From positions 124,001-188,000 of the forward strand of contig NW_027191467.1 of NCBI RefSeq assembly GCF_011745625.1: a stretch of 64,000 nucleotides of DNA. Reading direction: 5' to 3'. The DNA comes from Cladosporium halotolerans. Taxonomy: Eukaryota. A program made the translations under genes and the position numbers. Below the pieces are notes generated by a model that saw only the letters and a program-made list of their open reading frames with translations, was not told the DNA's origin and ran no database searches. Below, piece by piece: positions 1 to 11,944 of the stretch (position 1 is the stretch's first letter; each line of letters starts with the position of its first letter).

Positions 1-1546
1 GATTGTGATGGCAAGAGAGACTGCTTGAGACTTGATAGATCGTAATTGTGGTGGGTTTGCCCTGTCTGGATATAACCCGCCATGCTCACCTAATGTTAAT
101 GTCTTGATCCTTGAAATTGTTCCCGCTCCTGTGCTTGGTCCAAATTCAGCAGATCATCTACTATGAGTATACTCACTCCACAGACTATAAACAAGATCCG
201 TTCTGATGGTTACCTAGGTAGCCGTCCGAGGATGATGTTTTGCGAAACACGACAGGCCAAGGCCAAGCCGGATGAAGCTCGCATGCGTGCTTACAAGAAG
301 CTGATGGAGATTCGCATGCGGGGCCACATTAGGGCGACAACCTTGCTTTTTGGGAAATGGTAGCAAGCCACTTTTTGTGTAATGTGTATCCTTGTTATCC
401 CAAGACCGAGGACTAAAGTGTTTGGTGGTCTCCGCAGTCGTTCGTGTCAGACGTTTGGGAAGATAACAATGTTACGCGGAAGCCAAGGATCCAATGCATG
501 GCTACTTGCTGAACAGCGTACTGCTCAGATTATGCGATCCGGTTGTTCGAGTGACCCGAGGTTGGTGAGGATCCCGAAAAGCATGCCACTCACATTCACC
601 CTGGATGGCATCCACAGCATGTTAGCGGTCAGATCTACTGTACGCCTGGCCGAACGGCCCTTGGGCCCGGCTTCTTAGCGCATGGACACCTGCAGGCCTC
701 CAATTGTCGACTCCGGCTTTGCTCCGACTGCACGATGCCGGCCAACGCCACGCCCGCACGTGGCTTGATGGAGGCATGCGTGGGAGGGCAATGTTCGGAA
801 GTCGGTGAAACGGTTGTAACGTACTGTATTCTGTACCTCGCTGTTCGGACGATCAACAACGCGAGAACACAGCCTCAGCGTGTTCTCGCCAAGTCGTCCG
901 GGGTCACTTCTCGCCGATCGGATATCACGTGGGACGGCAGGCGAGAAACGGCGTTAAGGTTTGGCGCTAAGGTCCGGGGATTGGAGAGAGATGGCGGAGA
1001 AGCTGGAGAAGAACAGGAGAAGAGTGGGTCGGCCGACGGTCCCAGCTCGCTCACCAAACGCCTCGGTGCCACAGAAAGATGCGTGCGCGCAAACGGTAAC
1101 GCCGGCGCCCAGCGCGCTTGTCCTCTCGCAAGTGATTGCTCAAGCAAGCCTCGTCCAGTGAGGGCTGTAGCTTGGTTCCGGGCGCCTGTAAGCTTGAGAA
1201 TGAGCCTAAATGCGCCTCTTAACGAACGAATACGTGAGTCTGCAGCCGACTCGGTACCTTGGGTATGGCTGCAACCGCATACTCATGCCGGGTACTTCCT
1301 CCGCAACGCTAGTGGGTGACTGTCCACCTCATGGCACGAGTGGGCCATGTGCTGTCGATCGCTCCCCGGCAACATTCCCCTCACGCAGAGCTTAGCGCAT
1401 GATGATCCCGGCCGTCTCGTCAAGACTATATTATTGCTGATCCGTTGCTCTCGTCGTTCGCGTCGCTTTTTTATTCCTGTAGCGGGCCAAAGTCTGCAAG
1501 AAAACAAATCTTGTTTTGTCTCCATTCAATTTTATCGATTGCCACC

Positions 1547-3381
1547 ATGGACCCCGAGAAGACTGGCATTGGCCACCACGAGGCGCTCAACGACGATGAT
1601 GTCGTGGGCGAGAAGAAGATAACGCACGAGGAGGCGGAGCACTTGCGAGCTCTGTCGCCGGAAGAGAAGCTGATCGAGAAGAAGCTGAAGAAAAAGATCG
1701 ACGCCCTGATCATGCCGACTGTTGTGGTGGTCTATCTTATGAACTACATCGATCGCAACAACTATGCCGCCGCTAGGTTGCAAGGTTTGGTGGAAGATCT
1801 CAATTTGGAGGGCAACCAGTACCAGACTGGTCTCTCCATCCTGTTTGTCGGTTATGTAAGTCTGACATCCATGTTGCAATGGATTTGGGCTATGCTAACG
1901 TATACCTACCTAGGTGCTCATGCAAGTGCCGTCGAACGCTGTCATGAACTACGTCGGACGTCCATCGATATACATCGGCTTCTTCACCGCAGCTTGGGGA
2001 CTTGTCTCCCTTCTCACCAGTCAGACTACGGACTTTGGATCTATTGTCGCCTGTCGCTTCATTTTGGGTATTGTCGAGGCGCCATTTGTAAGAGCTATGA
2101 CACCGACAACTTCAGAAGAACAAAGTCACTAACATTCGTAGTTCGCTGGCGTGTTGTTCTATCTTTCGAAGTGGTACACCAAATCAGAACTCAATCTCCG
2201 AATGTCTATTTTCTACTCCGCCTCCCTGATGAGCGGCGCATTTGGACCTCTCATTGCAGCTGGCATCTTGAGTGGAATGGATGGTGCTCGCGGCCTGGGC
2301 GCGTGGCAATGGGTATGCCCCTACGACTTTGGCCGAACGTATAAATGCAAACTAACAAATCCGAACAGCTCTACATCATCGAAGGAGCAATTACCATCCT
2401 CATTGGCCTCATCGTCATGGTTGTCCTTCCCGACTTCCCCGATACGTGGAAGTCGTTGAGCCCTGAAGAGAAGCACGTGGCCAACCGCCGTCTCGCTCTC
2501 GATGCCGCCGAAGCCGATGTTGACGAGCCCGGTGGAATGTCTCAGCTTCGTGGTATCAAACTGGCATTCCTTGACCCTAAGACATGGGTTCTTGCCATTG
2601 CTTACCATGGCATCACTGGCGCTGCAGGGTGAGTTGCACTTGTCGAAAGACACTCAGAATCGAGCGCTGACCATTTCGAACAGTTTCCAGAATTTCTTCC
2701 CGACACTGGCCAAGGAAACCTTCAACTACGATTCCAACGTGATCAACCTCCTTCTCGCAGCACCGCCATACGTGTTCATCATTTTCTGGTCCCTCGGTCA
2801 CTCTCTCTTGAGCGACAGAGTTGGAAACCGCTTCTGGTTTTTCCTGTACCCGGTGCCGATTGTGCTCGTGGGCTGCTTCATCTTCATGTTCGCACACAAC
2901 AACGGCGCGAGATACTTCTCTCTCTTCCTCATGATGTTCATCTTTGCCATGAACGGAACTGTAAGTCTCCTTCGCCATACACCTACCTAGCTCGAAACTG
3001 ACTCCCTCTCTCCAGACTTACGCCTGGATCGCAAACGCCATCCCCCGTCCTCCAGCCAAGCGCGCCGCCGCCCTCGCATTCATCAACAGCTTTGGCAACG
3101 CCGCATCCATCTGGACGCCCTTCACCTACTTCACCTGGTCTTCACCATACTTCCACCCAGCAATGGGGATTATCATCGGCCTGACTGCCATTGCTGGGAT
3201 CTGCGGTATCATCCTCCGCTTCCTGTTGGAGAGAGACAACAAGCGTTTGGCACGCCTGGAGAACGAGAGCGTCGAGCTATCGGAGGCAGATCTGAAGAAG
3301 TTGCAAAAGACTGCGGACATGGAAGGCATTGATATTGCCACCGCAAGGCAGCTGCAGAAGGGATACCGGTTCATGATCTAG
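1547..3381 (+). CDS. MFS transporter, anion:cation symporter / allantoate-nicotinate permease-like family; 6 exons
   Basis: GCCACC-ATG at 1547. Motifs YLMNYIDRNNYAAARL, RFILGIVEAPF, SKWYTKSELNLR, WQWLYIIEG, SDRVGNR. GT..AG introns at 1856-1913, 2088-2141, 2313-2368, 2629-2683 and 2961-3015, each with a CTRAC branch site. TAG at 3379-3381. Confidence 0.92.
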
Positions 3382-3873
3382 TGGATTGTGGGAGATATCA
3401 TCAGTAGGGTTCGGATAAGCCATTAAGGTCAACGCGTAAGCGTGCGCAGACTGCTCGCAAGCCGACCTCATCCTGTTTCCAACCGTTTTCGTGACTGCGA
3501 TTTTCACATCAGTGTGCAACACAAGATTAATGCCAAAGGCCGCCGCCCAATCGATCTGTCAATTAGGTGCACAGATCCAAATCCAAAGAAAGGTCGGTAA
3601 CGCCATGGTCAGACCGCCTTCGAGCTTGAGGGTATTTGAATTTGTCAGCCCCGCTCTTAAAGTTCATTGATAGAAACACATTGGTCTGTCGCACAACCCT
3701 AGCAAGCCATGAGCTGTCGCTTGAACTTTAAAAGGTCTATATAAAAGCAAGCTGTCCGCTACTCCTGCGAGAAAGTAGGCACAATTCACTGTTTCATTCT
3801 TTCGGTACTAGGCCAGCACGCAATCGACATTCGCTACACACCCAATCACATAGCTTCAGCTAGCCCAATCAGC

Positions 3874-4502
3874 ATGGCAACCACCCTATATGACATGAGG
3901 TACGAAACCCATGGCGACGGCTAGATGTGTCTACCATGCTAATTCAGCTGCTAGTGAGCACTAACCTCGTAGAAACCCTACCTGCACTCAAGCTATAAGA
4001 CTCACCCAATCCAGGCATCCCGCTCTTCATCCGCGGTCTCACGCAACTCTCCCACGTCCTCTCCAAAGGAGAATCGTGGGCCAAAGAAAACAGCAAAGCC
4101 CCCGACGAGCTCCTCCAAGCCCGTCTCGCCCCGGACATGCAGCCGCTGCGCTTCCAAATCCACTTCGCCTGCAACAGCGCCAAAGCCGTGCTCTCGCGCG
4201 TCGCGGGCTTCGAGTGGGTCGCCGAGAAAGACGACGAGACGACGCTGGCGCAGATGCAGGAGCGGCTGGCGCGCACGGTGGCTTTGCTAAGGACTGCCGA
4301 GGACAAGAAGGAGGCGTTTGTGGGAAAGGAGGAGCTGGAGGTCACGGTCGCGATACCGGGCCGGGAGTTGAAGTTCCCGGCGCTGGTTTACTTGCAGTTC
4401 TGGACGGTGCCGAACTTTTTCTTCCATATTACGACGGCGTATGATATTCTGAGGCACTTGGGGGTGCAGATTGGGAAGCCGGATTTTTTGGGCGCGCCTT
4501 AG
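3874..4502 (+). CDS. DUF1993 family (DinB-like helical) protein; first intervening sequence is a stwintron
   Basis: Spliced product MATTLYDMSIPLFIRGLTQLSHVLSKG...ARLAPDMQPLRFQI...PNFFFHITTAYDILRHLGVQIGKPDFLG matches the DUF1993 pattern. Exon 1 is 3874-3898, exon 2 is 4015-4502. TATA-like TATATAAAA near 3738. Confidence 0.88.
3899..4014 (+). other. Spliceosomal twin intron (stwintron), [D1,2] type with an equivalent [A2,3] route
   Basis: G|GTACGA(3900)...GCTAAT...TAG(3954)|TGAGC...ACTCAC...CAG(4014)|G. Excising 3900-3954 rebuilds the donor GTGAGC. Only the two-step excision keeps exon 1 in frame with exon 2. Confidence 0.8.
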
Positions 4503-4960
4503 GAGGTCTTGCGGTGACTAGGAGTGCCATGTTCATGGCTTGCAGGAATCGTGGATGGAATCACAGTCAATGAGTACGCATAGAATGATATCAATGTCGA
4601 TTTCAGCTCCTGAAGACATCCACAACGCGTGATTTTGGATTCATTCCTCGAGAGCGCCCGCGTCACGCGTGGAAATTGATCGGCGTTTGCTGGACCTCGG
4701 CTCCTGTCCTCCTCGGCCCTCGAAAGCCCGCCGCCTTTGGTATCCACCACTCACAGCCTCACCATTACTATCTCCCATCAACAGTCGACCGGCCTCGGTA
4801 GTACAGCGATACACGCATATATTCACAAGCATTACCTATCCCTCTTCTCAGCGGATTGCAGACCCGTATTCCGCGTGCCGCACATCTCACAAATCACTCG
4901 CGCCCGAACCAGACAAGCACGCGCCAACGAACCATCAATTGCCGATAGAGACCGCCCACC

Positions 4961-5401
4961 ATGTCAAAGCAATTTACCGCCAACGACGTGAAAGAGAACG
5001 GCAGTGTAGAGAAGGGCCTCCACATCATCATTGATAACGATGTGTACGAGATGGGAGGTTTCGTGGATGAGCACCCCGGCGGAGCCAAGATCTTGAAGAG
5101 GGTGGGAGGGAAAGATGCCAGCAAGCAGTTTTGGAAGGTGAGTACACACCACATACGTTGCTCCGTACCGGATGGGTTTTGTTCGCGAAGATGTACTCGC
5201 GGGCAGATATGTGATGATCCCGTTTGGGCACGCGATCACCGGCCGGAAGCATCACCTTTCTCCTGCGACCTTCTTGATGGACACTATTATTGAGCAAAAC
5301 AAAAGACTGACACGTCCTTGCAGTATCACAACGAGTCCGTCCTCAAGAAGTACCAAGAACGGTTAAAGGTTGGCACACTGAAGGAGTCGTCGAAGCTATG
5401 A
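4961..5401 (+). CDS. Small soluble cytochrome b5-like heme-binding protein with C-terminal SKL (PTS1)
   Basis: IIIDNDVYEMGGFVDEHPGG...GGKDASKQFWK|YHNESVL (both heme His ligands present). Intron 5138-5323 (GTGAGT..ACTGAC..CAG). Ends ESSKL-TGA. Confidence 0.9.
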
Positions 5402-6057
5402 AGCAACGAATACATACACGCTTGTGTCTGCAACCGATGTTACGTTCCATCGACATTTCCCATCGCTCAATGTTGTGACTTGCTACAAGGCTTTGGACGG
5501 GCAGCTCGAATATCTCAGCTCTCATCTGCACCTCCAAACCTTTGTGTTTTAGAATGCGTCTGATGTGCAACAGCCGAACAGAATGCTCAGCCTGACGCCT
5601 TGGGTGCTTCACACACAGTCACACGCATTCTGAGTATCAATCTCACCTGCCTTCAGAATCGCCGCGCTCGAACAAGAACCAAACGAGACGACACTTTGCC
5701 TTCCTTCACAGCAGTCTGCATGCATTTCGCCGACCCGACCTTCCGACCCCATTGGCTTCCAGTGAGGCGCACTCGAGAAGCCGACTGACCTTTTTCGGCA
5801 TCAGAGGCTACTGGTAGACGAAAGCCAACTCTTCACTGCGCCCGCCGTCGACTATGGTCACATCCGTGGCCATTCTTGGACCAAACCTACCTCGCTCCCT
5901 CTGACAACCTCGGCTCATCCTCGGCACATCGTCGATCGGCCCACCCTGTACCAAAAAAATCGGCGAAAATTGTCGAAGGCTCTTCCAGAGCTCCCCAACG
6001 TTCCGCTATTTGTCTTGAACCTTGCCGTCGCCCTTGTTCTCATCAATCAAAGCCCTT

Positions 6058-6188
6058 GCCGGGGTAGCTCAATCGGTAGAGCGTGTGGCTCTTATAACGA
6101 TGATTCACTTACCGGCCTCTGGCCCTCACGTGATCATTGAATCAAGAGATCAACCTCAAGGTCGTGGGTTCGAGCCCCACCTTCGGCT
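6058..6188 (+). tRNA. tRNA-Lys(CTT) with 58-nt intron (6095-6152)
   Basis: Acceptor stem GCCGGGG/CTTCGGC; D arm GCTC-AATCGGTA-GAGC; anticodon CTT at 6091-6093; T arm GTGGG-TTCGAGC-CCCAC. The intron follows position 37 and contains AAGAG, complementary to the anticodon loop. T-run terminator near 6219-6224. Confidence 0.93.
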
Positions 6189-6349
6189 ATTCCTATATCA
6201 AAGCTTCATGAGACCTTCTTTTTTGATATTTTCTGTTTTTTGGTGTAAGGTGCTATTGTGTCTGTCGTTCGTATTTTTTGCTGTACCAGTCGAGACTGTA
6301 TAATGAAGTCTTGCTCATTACAAAAGACGTCCCTGCTACTATTCCCGCT

Positions 6350-7319
6350 CTATACTACCATACGGAACTTGAGCTTGTCCGCTCCAGTGATATCGTCTTT
6401 CTGCGCTTCCAGCTCGTCAACATCCCACTTGCAGTTGATGAAGCGTCCCGAAGCCCACGGTCTCGACTCCTTCGAGAACCAGACACAAACGGCACCGCAA
6501 AGCGTGATGTCGTCTTGCAGCACTGTGATCATTCCGTCAGTGACATCCCACACAAAGCACGTATGAACACCACTTACTCGCTTTCAAAGACTCCGGTGCG
6601 AACTGCGCGGAATGGCTCATGACACCACCCGGATGCAGCGCCACACAGTTCAGTCCCTCTTCAACGTAAGCCTCTCCAACGTGCTGCGTAAGCCGGTTCA
6701 GAGCATGCTTGCTCGCGCTGTACGCGATCGGCACGCGGTTGGTCATGTGCGCAGCCATGGACGTGATGTTGATGATCTGGCGGCCCTTGCTCTGCGGCTG
6801 GATCATCAAGGGGATCAAAGTCTGCATGGCGTACATAGGCCCAATGTAGTTGAGGTCGAACAGCTGCGCATGCTCCTCCGGGTCGGTTTTGTCGAGGCGG
6901 TTGAAACCCTCGTTGGAGCCGAGGCGGCCGGCGTTGTTGACGAGGCAATCGAGGCGGCCTTGGAATTCGTTCTCGATGATCTTGCGGAGCTCCTTGAAGG
7001 TCTCGAGCTTGGAGGCGTCGGATGGGAGAGTGCGGACGGTGATGGAGGTGCCGTTGCTCTTGGCGATGTTCTCGAGGTCTGATTTGACTTGGTCGAGGTC
7101 GGCGGCCGTCCGGGCTGTGATGATGATGTTGCTGGCTTTTGCTTGGGCGTAGGCTCGCGCGATGTATTGGCCGATACCTTTACCGGCTCCCGTGATGATG
7201 AGTGTGTAGCCTTCCGGAAGCGAGACCGTGGAGGGGTCCGTGGAGGCATTGGGCTTCGTGTGGATGATCTTGGTCATACCGTTGCCCATATGGGCAGGCG
7301 TTTGAGGTTTCTGAGCCAT
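6350..7319 (-). CDS. Short-chain dehydrogenase/reductase (classical SDR); 2 exons
   Basis: TGAGKGIG, NNAG, YSASK (YxxxK), LHPGGV motifs. Intron 6523-6577. C-terminal exon LCGAVCVWFSKESRPWASGRFINCKWDVDEL. Confidence 0.92.
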
Positions 7320-8317
7320 GATTGCTTCGTGGTCAGGTGTCTTCTCGGTAATAGAAGGACGAGATCGATTGACGTCTTTGCTTGCGCTGGGACGCTGGGA
7401 TATCTACAGGAAGTGCTGTAGGTTGAGGGAGGGGAGCCTTTATCAGACGAAGTGATCTAGATAGAGTTTATCCTTGTTATTGAATAGGCTACCTAGTATA
7501 CCGCGGTTCGTATGTAGGTACAGACTTGGCAGGTCGCCTTAAGATGAGATGTGTATCCCAAGAGCGTCTTCGAGCAAGATGTCGTCACGCTTCGGCTTTT
7601 GTCCCAAAGTCCGAAGACCGAAGGAGTGGGGAACAATAAAAGGATGTCAATATATCTGAACTTGTTCAACTTTAATGAAAGACGAACTTGTCGGCGTGTT
7701 CTGCGCACGCTCCATACTGTGATATGGATGCAGTTCTTGGGGCAAGGAGCACTACGGCGATGAAGTCCTTGAGCCTCGAGACGCCTCTACATGGACCCGT
7801 CGAAGCCAATTCGATGTGGATCAGACCATTTCGCGTGCGACCATCCTAGTTTTTCCATCATCGGACCTTTTTTTGATTTACCTGTCAAATGTCAGACACT
7901 GCCGGAACTCCTGATCACTGTCACTGATATCAGTGTTACCCTGATGAGCAGGCTGCGGATACCGACCGGAACCTATAGTATATGGAAATTCTACAATATG
8001 CAATAGGCTACCCTGCCCACGATGACAAAGATCGGATCTTTGCAACGCCAGACTGGCGTTGTGGTATTGGCAAAGTCATTGATTACTGCAAGCCAATTGC
8101 GCTTCATCAAAGCGAACATCAGGTAATAAGCAACCTGATCCGATCTAATGGCCATCCAGACAATCCTCCTCACCGCATTGCCGCATCTTCGGTGACAATC
8201 AATATTTCTCATGTCTGAGCCTAAGCAACAATATGATAAATATGCACTTTCGCTTACAAATGACACTCGATTCCCATTCGCATTCATCAAGAGACAATCG
8301 TTACGGAATACCTGAAA

Positions 8318-9625
8318 ATGGCGAACCATCCTCAAGGACGTTGGAATGTGCGCTCCAGGATCACGGAATTGACAAATTGGTTCAAGCAGAAAGATGCGTC
8401 AGATGCGAACCGGACTTGTGACGATGGGAACGGAAGCGCAGCACCCATACATCATGAACCTAACCACAGAACAGCCGCACCATCGAGATCTGCAACAAAG
8501 GGCAGCAGAAGTACGAGCGCGCCTGGTTCTGTCTCCCGAGAGCGACGAGTCACGTTCGGGGTGCTACCGCCTTCAATAGCAACACGCAGCTCGTCCAAGC
8601 AGCACTTGTCGAAGTCACGCCGCAACGAGAGGTTTCATCGAGCAAATGGCCCTCCGGGATCTCCGGTCGACCTTGACGCGATACGCCTCGACATTAAGCT
8701 GAAGCAAGCGACGCTCATGGCACATCAGTCAACGTCGTCGCATAGAGTTGCTTGGTCCGGCAGCAATCTGACCAGTTCTCCGGAAGACTCTCGTCCCCCT
8801 ATACCTCCGAGGAGTGGGCTCAGAGATTATATGCTCACAGCGAACGACAGCACCCCAAGTACCCGCGTCTCCACTCTTCGAAGCACGAGGCAGCTAAGAC
8901 TGGGAGCTGCAATGTCCCGGAGCCATCGTTGTTCAGTGATGCCTAATGAACATTCCGACTCTGCAGGCAGCCTAATGCCCCCCGGGATCTACAACGCGTT
9001 GCGGTCGATCGAAGCATCCGATGAACAAGAAGTACCGAGGATATCTCACTCATGCTCTGACCAGCCACCTTCGGACCAAGCTCTATCAATGATGATCAGA
9101 GAGAGACTCGCCGATCCTCACTCGGCATACATGCGCGAGTCGCTCGAACATCTGCTGCGAGCATCACGAGAAGTCACCTCCCAGAGGCAAACGGCAGCAG
9201 ACTGCAGATGCAAGGCTAGATGTGAGCTCGATCAGGCTCAACTCAATCTGGCAGGGCGTCTCCACAGTGACCCCAGTGGTGACAGCCCTCGTGCAAGAAG
9301 ATCTGAGCTGCGCCCAGCGAGCACCGCGCCATCAGGGAATGACCCGCAGAGGAGAGCCATTCTGTCCGCGTCCAGCTCGGTGTATTCCAGGTCGGTCTCT
9401 TCGACAGCTGCAAAGCAGATCGAGCCGCTACCCACGCAAGCATTGTCATCTTCTGGTCAAGCAGCGCAGGGGAGCACAAGGGCTTCGAACATCAGCCGGC
9501 GAATGATCTCCGTCACCGAATTTCCGCCTGATAGGGTGGGCGCGCGTGATAGCGGCGTGGAATTGTGGTCGGCAGAAGAGATCGAGCTTGTCAGGATGAG
9601 CATTCAGTACGCTGAAGGGTATTGA
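8318..9625 (+). CDS. Hypothetical Ser/Arg-rich, probably disordered protein
   Basis: 435-codon ORF in otherwise gene-free sequence; no recognisable domain. Confidence 0.5.
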   Translation: MANHPQGRWNVRSRITELTNWFKQKDASDANRTCDDGNGSAAPIHHEPNHRTAAPSRSATKGSRSTSAPGSVSRERRVTFGVLPPSIATRSSSKQHLSKSRRNERFHRANGPPGSPVDLDAIRLDIKLKQATLMAHQSTSSHRVAWSGSNLTSSPEDSRPPIPPRSGLRDYMLTANDSTPSTRVSTLRSTRQLRLGAAMSRSHRCSVMPNEHSDSAGSLMPPGIYNALRSIEASDEQEVPRISHSCSDQPPSDQALSMMIRERLADPHSAYMRESLEHLLRASREVTSQRQTAADCRCKARCELDQAQLNLAGRLHSDPSGDSPRARRSELRPASTAPSGNDPQRRAILSASSSVYSRSVSSTAAKQIEPLPTQALSSSGQAAQGSTRASNISRRMISVTEFPPDRVGARDSGVELWSAEEIELVRMSIQYAEGY

Positions 9626-9754
9626 GTCGACATGTATTTAGGATTATACACCGAGCAATACCACACAAGTCGTTGAGCCATACTATGCGATCAAAGTTGA
9701 TCTTCGCGGTTTTTGAAAACATTCATAACGTCGTCCATTTCAATACAGATTCCC

Positions 9755-10459
9755 TTAGCAAGCATTCTCAACACCGCCCTCAACTCTCAGTCCTGGTTTG
9801 CCCAGCACGCCGTCCTCGGTATCCTTAATCTCCCCAAACACCTGCAAGAACGCAGCCGGCTCCTCCGCACCCTGCACCTCAAAACGCTCGTTGATGGTAA
9901 AATTCGGCACACCAGTGATGAACTTCTTCTGCGCCTCAGCGACCTCCCTGTCAACCTCCGCGCCACCAGCATCGCTCTCCAACCACTCCCTGACCTCCTT
10001 CTCCTCCAGCCCAGCGCGGACCGCCCTCGCGATCAAAACCTCCTTGTCGACAATATCCTCCTCGTTCTCAAAGTACGCATTGAACAGCTCCTCCACAACC
10101 CTCGTCTGCACGTCCTCGCCCTTCGTGCGCCCCAGCTGGATCAGACGGTGCGAGTCGCGCGTGTTGCCCGTGCGGCCGCCGAACTTGAAGCTGATGCCGA
10201 CGTCCTTGCCCAGGCGCGCCAGGTGCGCCTGCATGACCTGCGTGCGCTGCGCACCGAACTTGGCGGCGTACAGCGCGGCTTTGTCCGTCGACTGCTTGGG
10301 CGCGTCCGGGTTGAGGTAGAAGGGGTGCCACGAGGTCGTGAAGGTGTCGTCCGGGTTGGTCTGCTTGTGCTGCTGGATGGCGCGCTCGAGCCGGTTCTTG
10401 CCCACGTAGCACCAGGGGCAGACGGTGTCGGAGACGATGGAGATGTTGTATTTCGTCAT
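9755..10459 (-). CDS. DsbA/FrnE-like thioredoxin-fold protein
   Basis: MTKYNISIVSDTVCPWCYVG (CPWC), WHPFYLNP, GNTRDSHRLI, ITGVPNFTIN, GAEEP motifs. Confidence 0.9.
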   Translation of the reverse strand: MTKYNISIVSDTVCPWCYVGKNRLERAIQQHKQTNPDDTFTTSWHPFYLNPDAPKQSTDKAALYAAKFGAQRTQVMQAHLARLGKDVGISFKFGGRTGNTRDSHRLIQLGRTKGEDVQTRVVEELFNAYFENEEDIVDKEVLIARAVRAGLEEKEVREWLESDAGGAEVDREVAEAQKKFITGVPNFTINERFEVQGAEEPAAFLQVFGEIKDTEDGVLGKPGLRVEGGVENAC

Positions 10460-10986
10460 GGCGCGGGTTGTTGCGCGGAAAGCCACGGTGGGTGGTTGGT
10501 GGGGTGTGTTGTTTTTGGGTGATGAGGGGTTGCTGGTATGGTGTGACGTGCTTCGCAAGTTGAGATGGGGAGGGAAGCAAGACGGGCAGTGGTGGTAAGA
10601 TCAGATGAAGAGAGAATGAAACAAGTGATCACGTATACTTAACTCCGGTGCTTCAAACCTCTTATGCGATAATTCATAATCTGGTGAGGGTGGCGGGCAG
10701 GGCGGCGTGCCACCGGCACATACATTTGCGAGCTTGGTGGGCGGGCGTAGCAGGGCCTCGGACAAAGCAAGCGAAGAGCGGAACTCTCGCGGGCGTGGCG
10801 GGACCCTTGCGTTGGTGTGATTAGTAATGCTACGGACGCTAGCACCGGATGGCGGCATGTACCACTTGATTTCAATCATAATTCTACGATTGATGACAAT
10901 AATGCACGTTGTGCGCGGCTAACTCGCATGTCACCTGGTACGGAGCGGGCAAAGGGTGTGCTGAAGAGCCTTGTCACCCGATCTTC

Positions 10987-11944
10987 TCAAACGTATCTCG
11001 AGGCCAGGTTCCTCCACCAGTCTCGCATCATCCAGATGTCAAACTCCTTCACCTCCGTGCTACTTCCAGCGTTCATGATGAAAGCATCCTGACCTGCGGG
11101 CAACCAGTCGTAGAAGTCATCTAGAGCCAAGGTGTGGCCAAACTCGTGCAGCCAGATGTGAGGAGCGTCGAGCGCGCCGAGGAAGTATTCCGATCCAACT
11201 CTCTGGCCCCAGTCGCCACCAGCGCCGCCCTCCATGCCTTCAGTCAGCCACAAAGACATGTCATACCTGCCCTCTGGTCCAGACGGGCATTCGCTGTAGT
11301 CACTGTCTTGGTGGAAGAATCGGCCACAACGAGGGTCACACTCAGGGATTCCCTCAGCGTCTGCAGTGGAGTCGTACACTTGGATGTTATCGGTGCTTCC
11401 TTGCAGCTTGGAAGCGTCGCTGACCGCCCATCCGACGACGTTGGCGCTGACGTTCTGGTACGGCCAGCCCATGAAGCCCGTCAAATGATCGGTCCACTTC
11501 GGAACGTTGGCCTGAAGAGACTTCTCAATAGCATTGCGTTGCTCAGCAGTGACGGATCCCGAAGAGTCCCAGCGGACACAGAAGTTGAGTTTACTACGAG
11601 ACATCAGCATCGCTCATAACATTCGCAATGCAGCGGTCATACCCTTCGGCGGCAACAATGATATCGTATCCGTAGTTTTTGAAGGCATCCCATTGACCAT
11701 TGTTGTAGGACTCGACAGTATGATCCCAAACCTCGTGCAAAGGCTTGACCAATTCAGATGGCGGGTCCCAGGAAGACTGGCGCTTGACCCGCGCGGCCTT
11801 TGAGATCAAGGACTTCCAAACCGCACCGTCAAGGTCACGGTCAGGACGAGAGGCCTGAGTATTAATGGTGCTTCCGCGCGGCAAAGCCAGCGTACCCAAT
11901 GGGCTGAGCGCAAGAAGAGAGAGCGCTGTAGCAGCAGAACGCAT
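10987..11944 (-). CDS. Secreted putative zinc metallopeptidase (HExxH); 2 exons
   Basis: Signal peptide MRSAATALSLLALSPLGTLA; Kex2-like RVKR; intron 11594-11642; GGAGGDWGQR and HIWLHEFGHTLALDDFYDW motifs. Confidence 0.8.

Noticed and set aside
163..1400. Short ORFs at the window start
   Set aside because: No recognisable motifs or consistent splice pattern. The first could be the tail of an upstream gene but cannot be supported.
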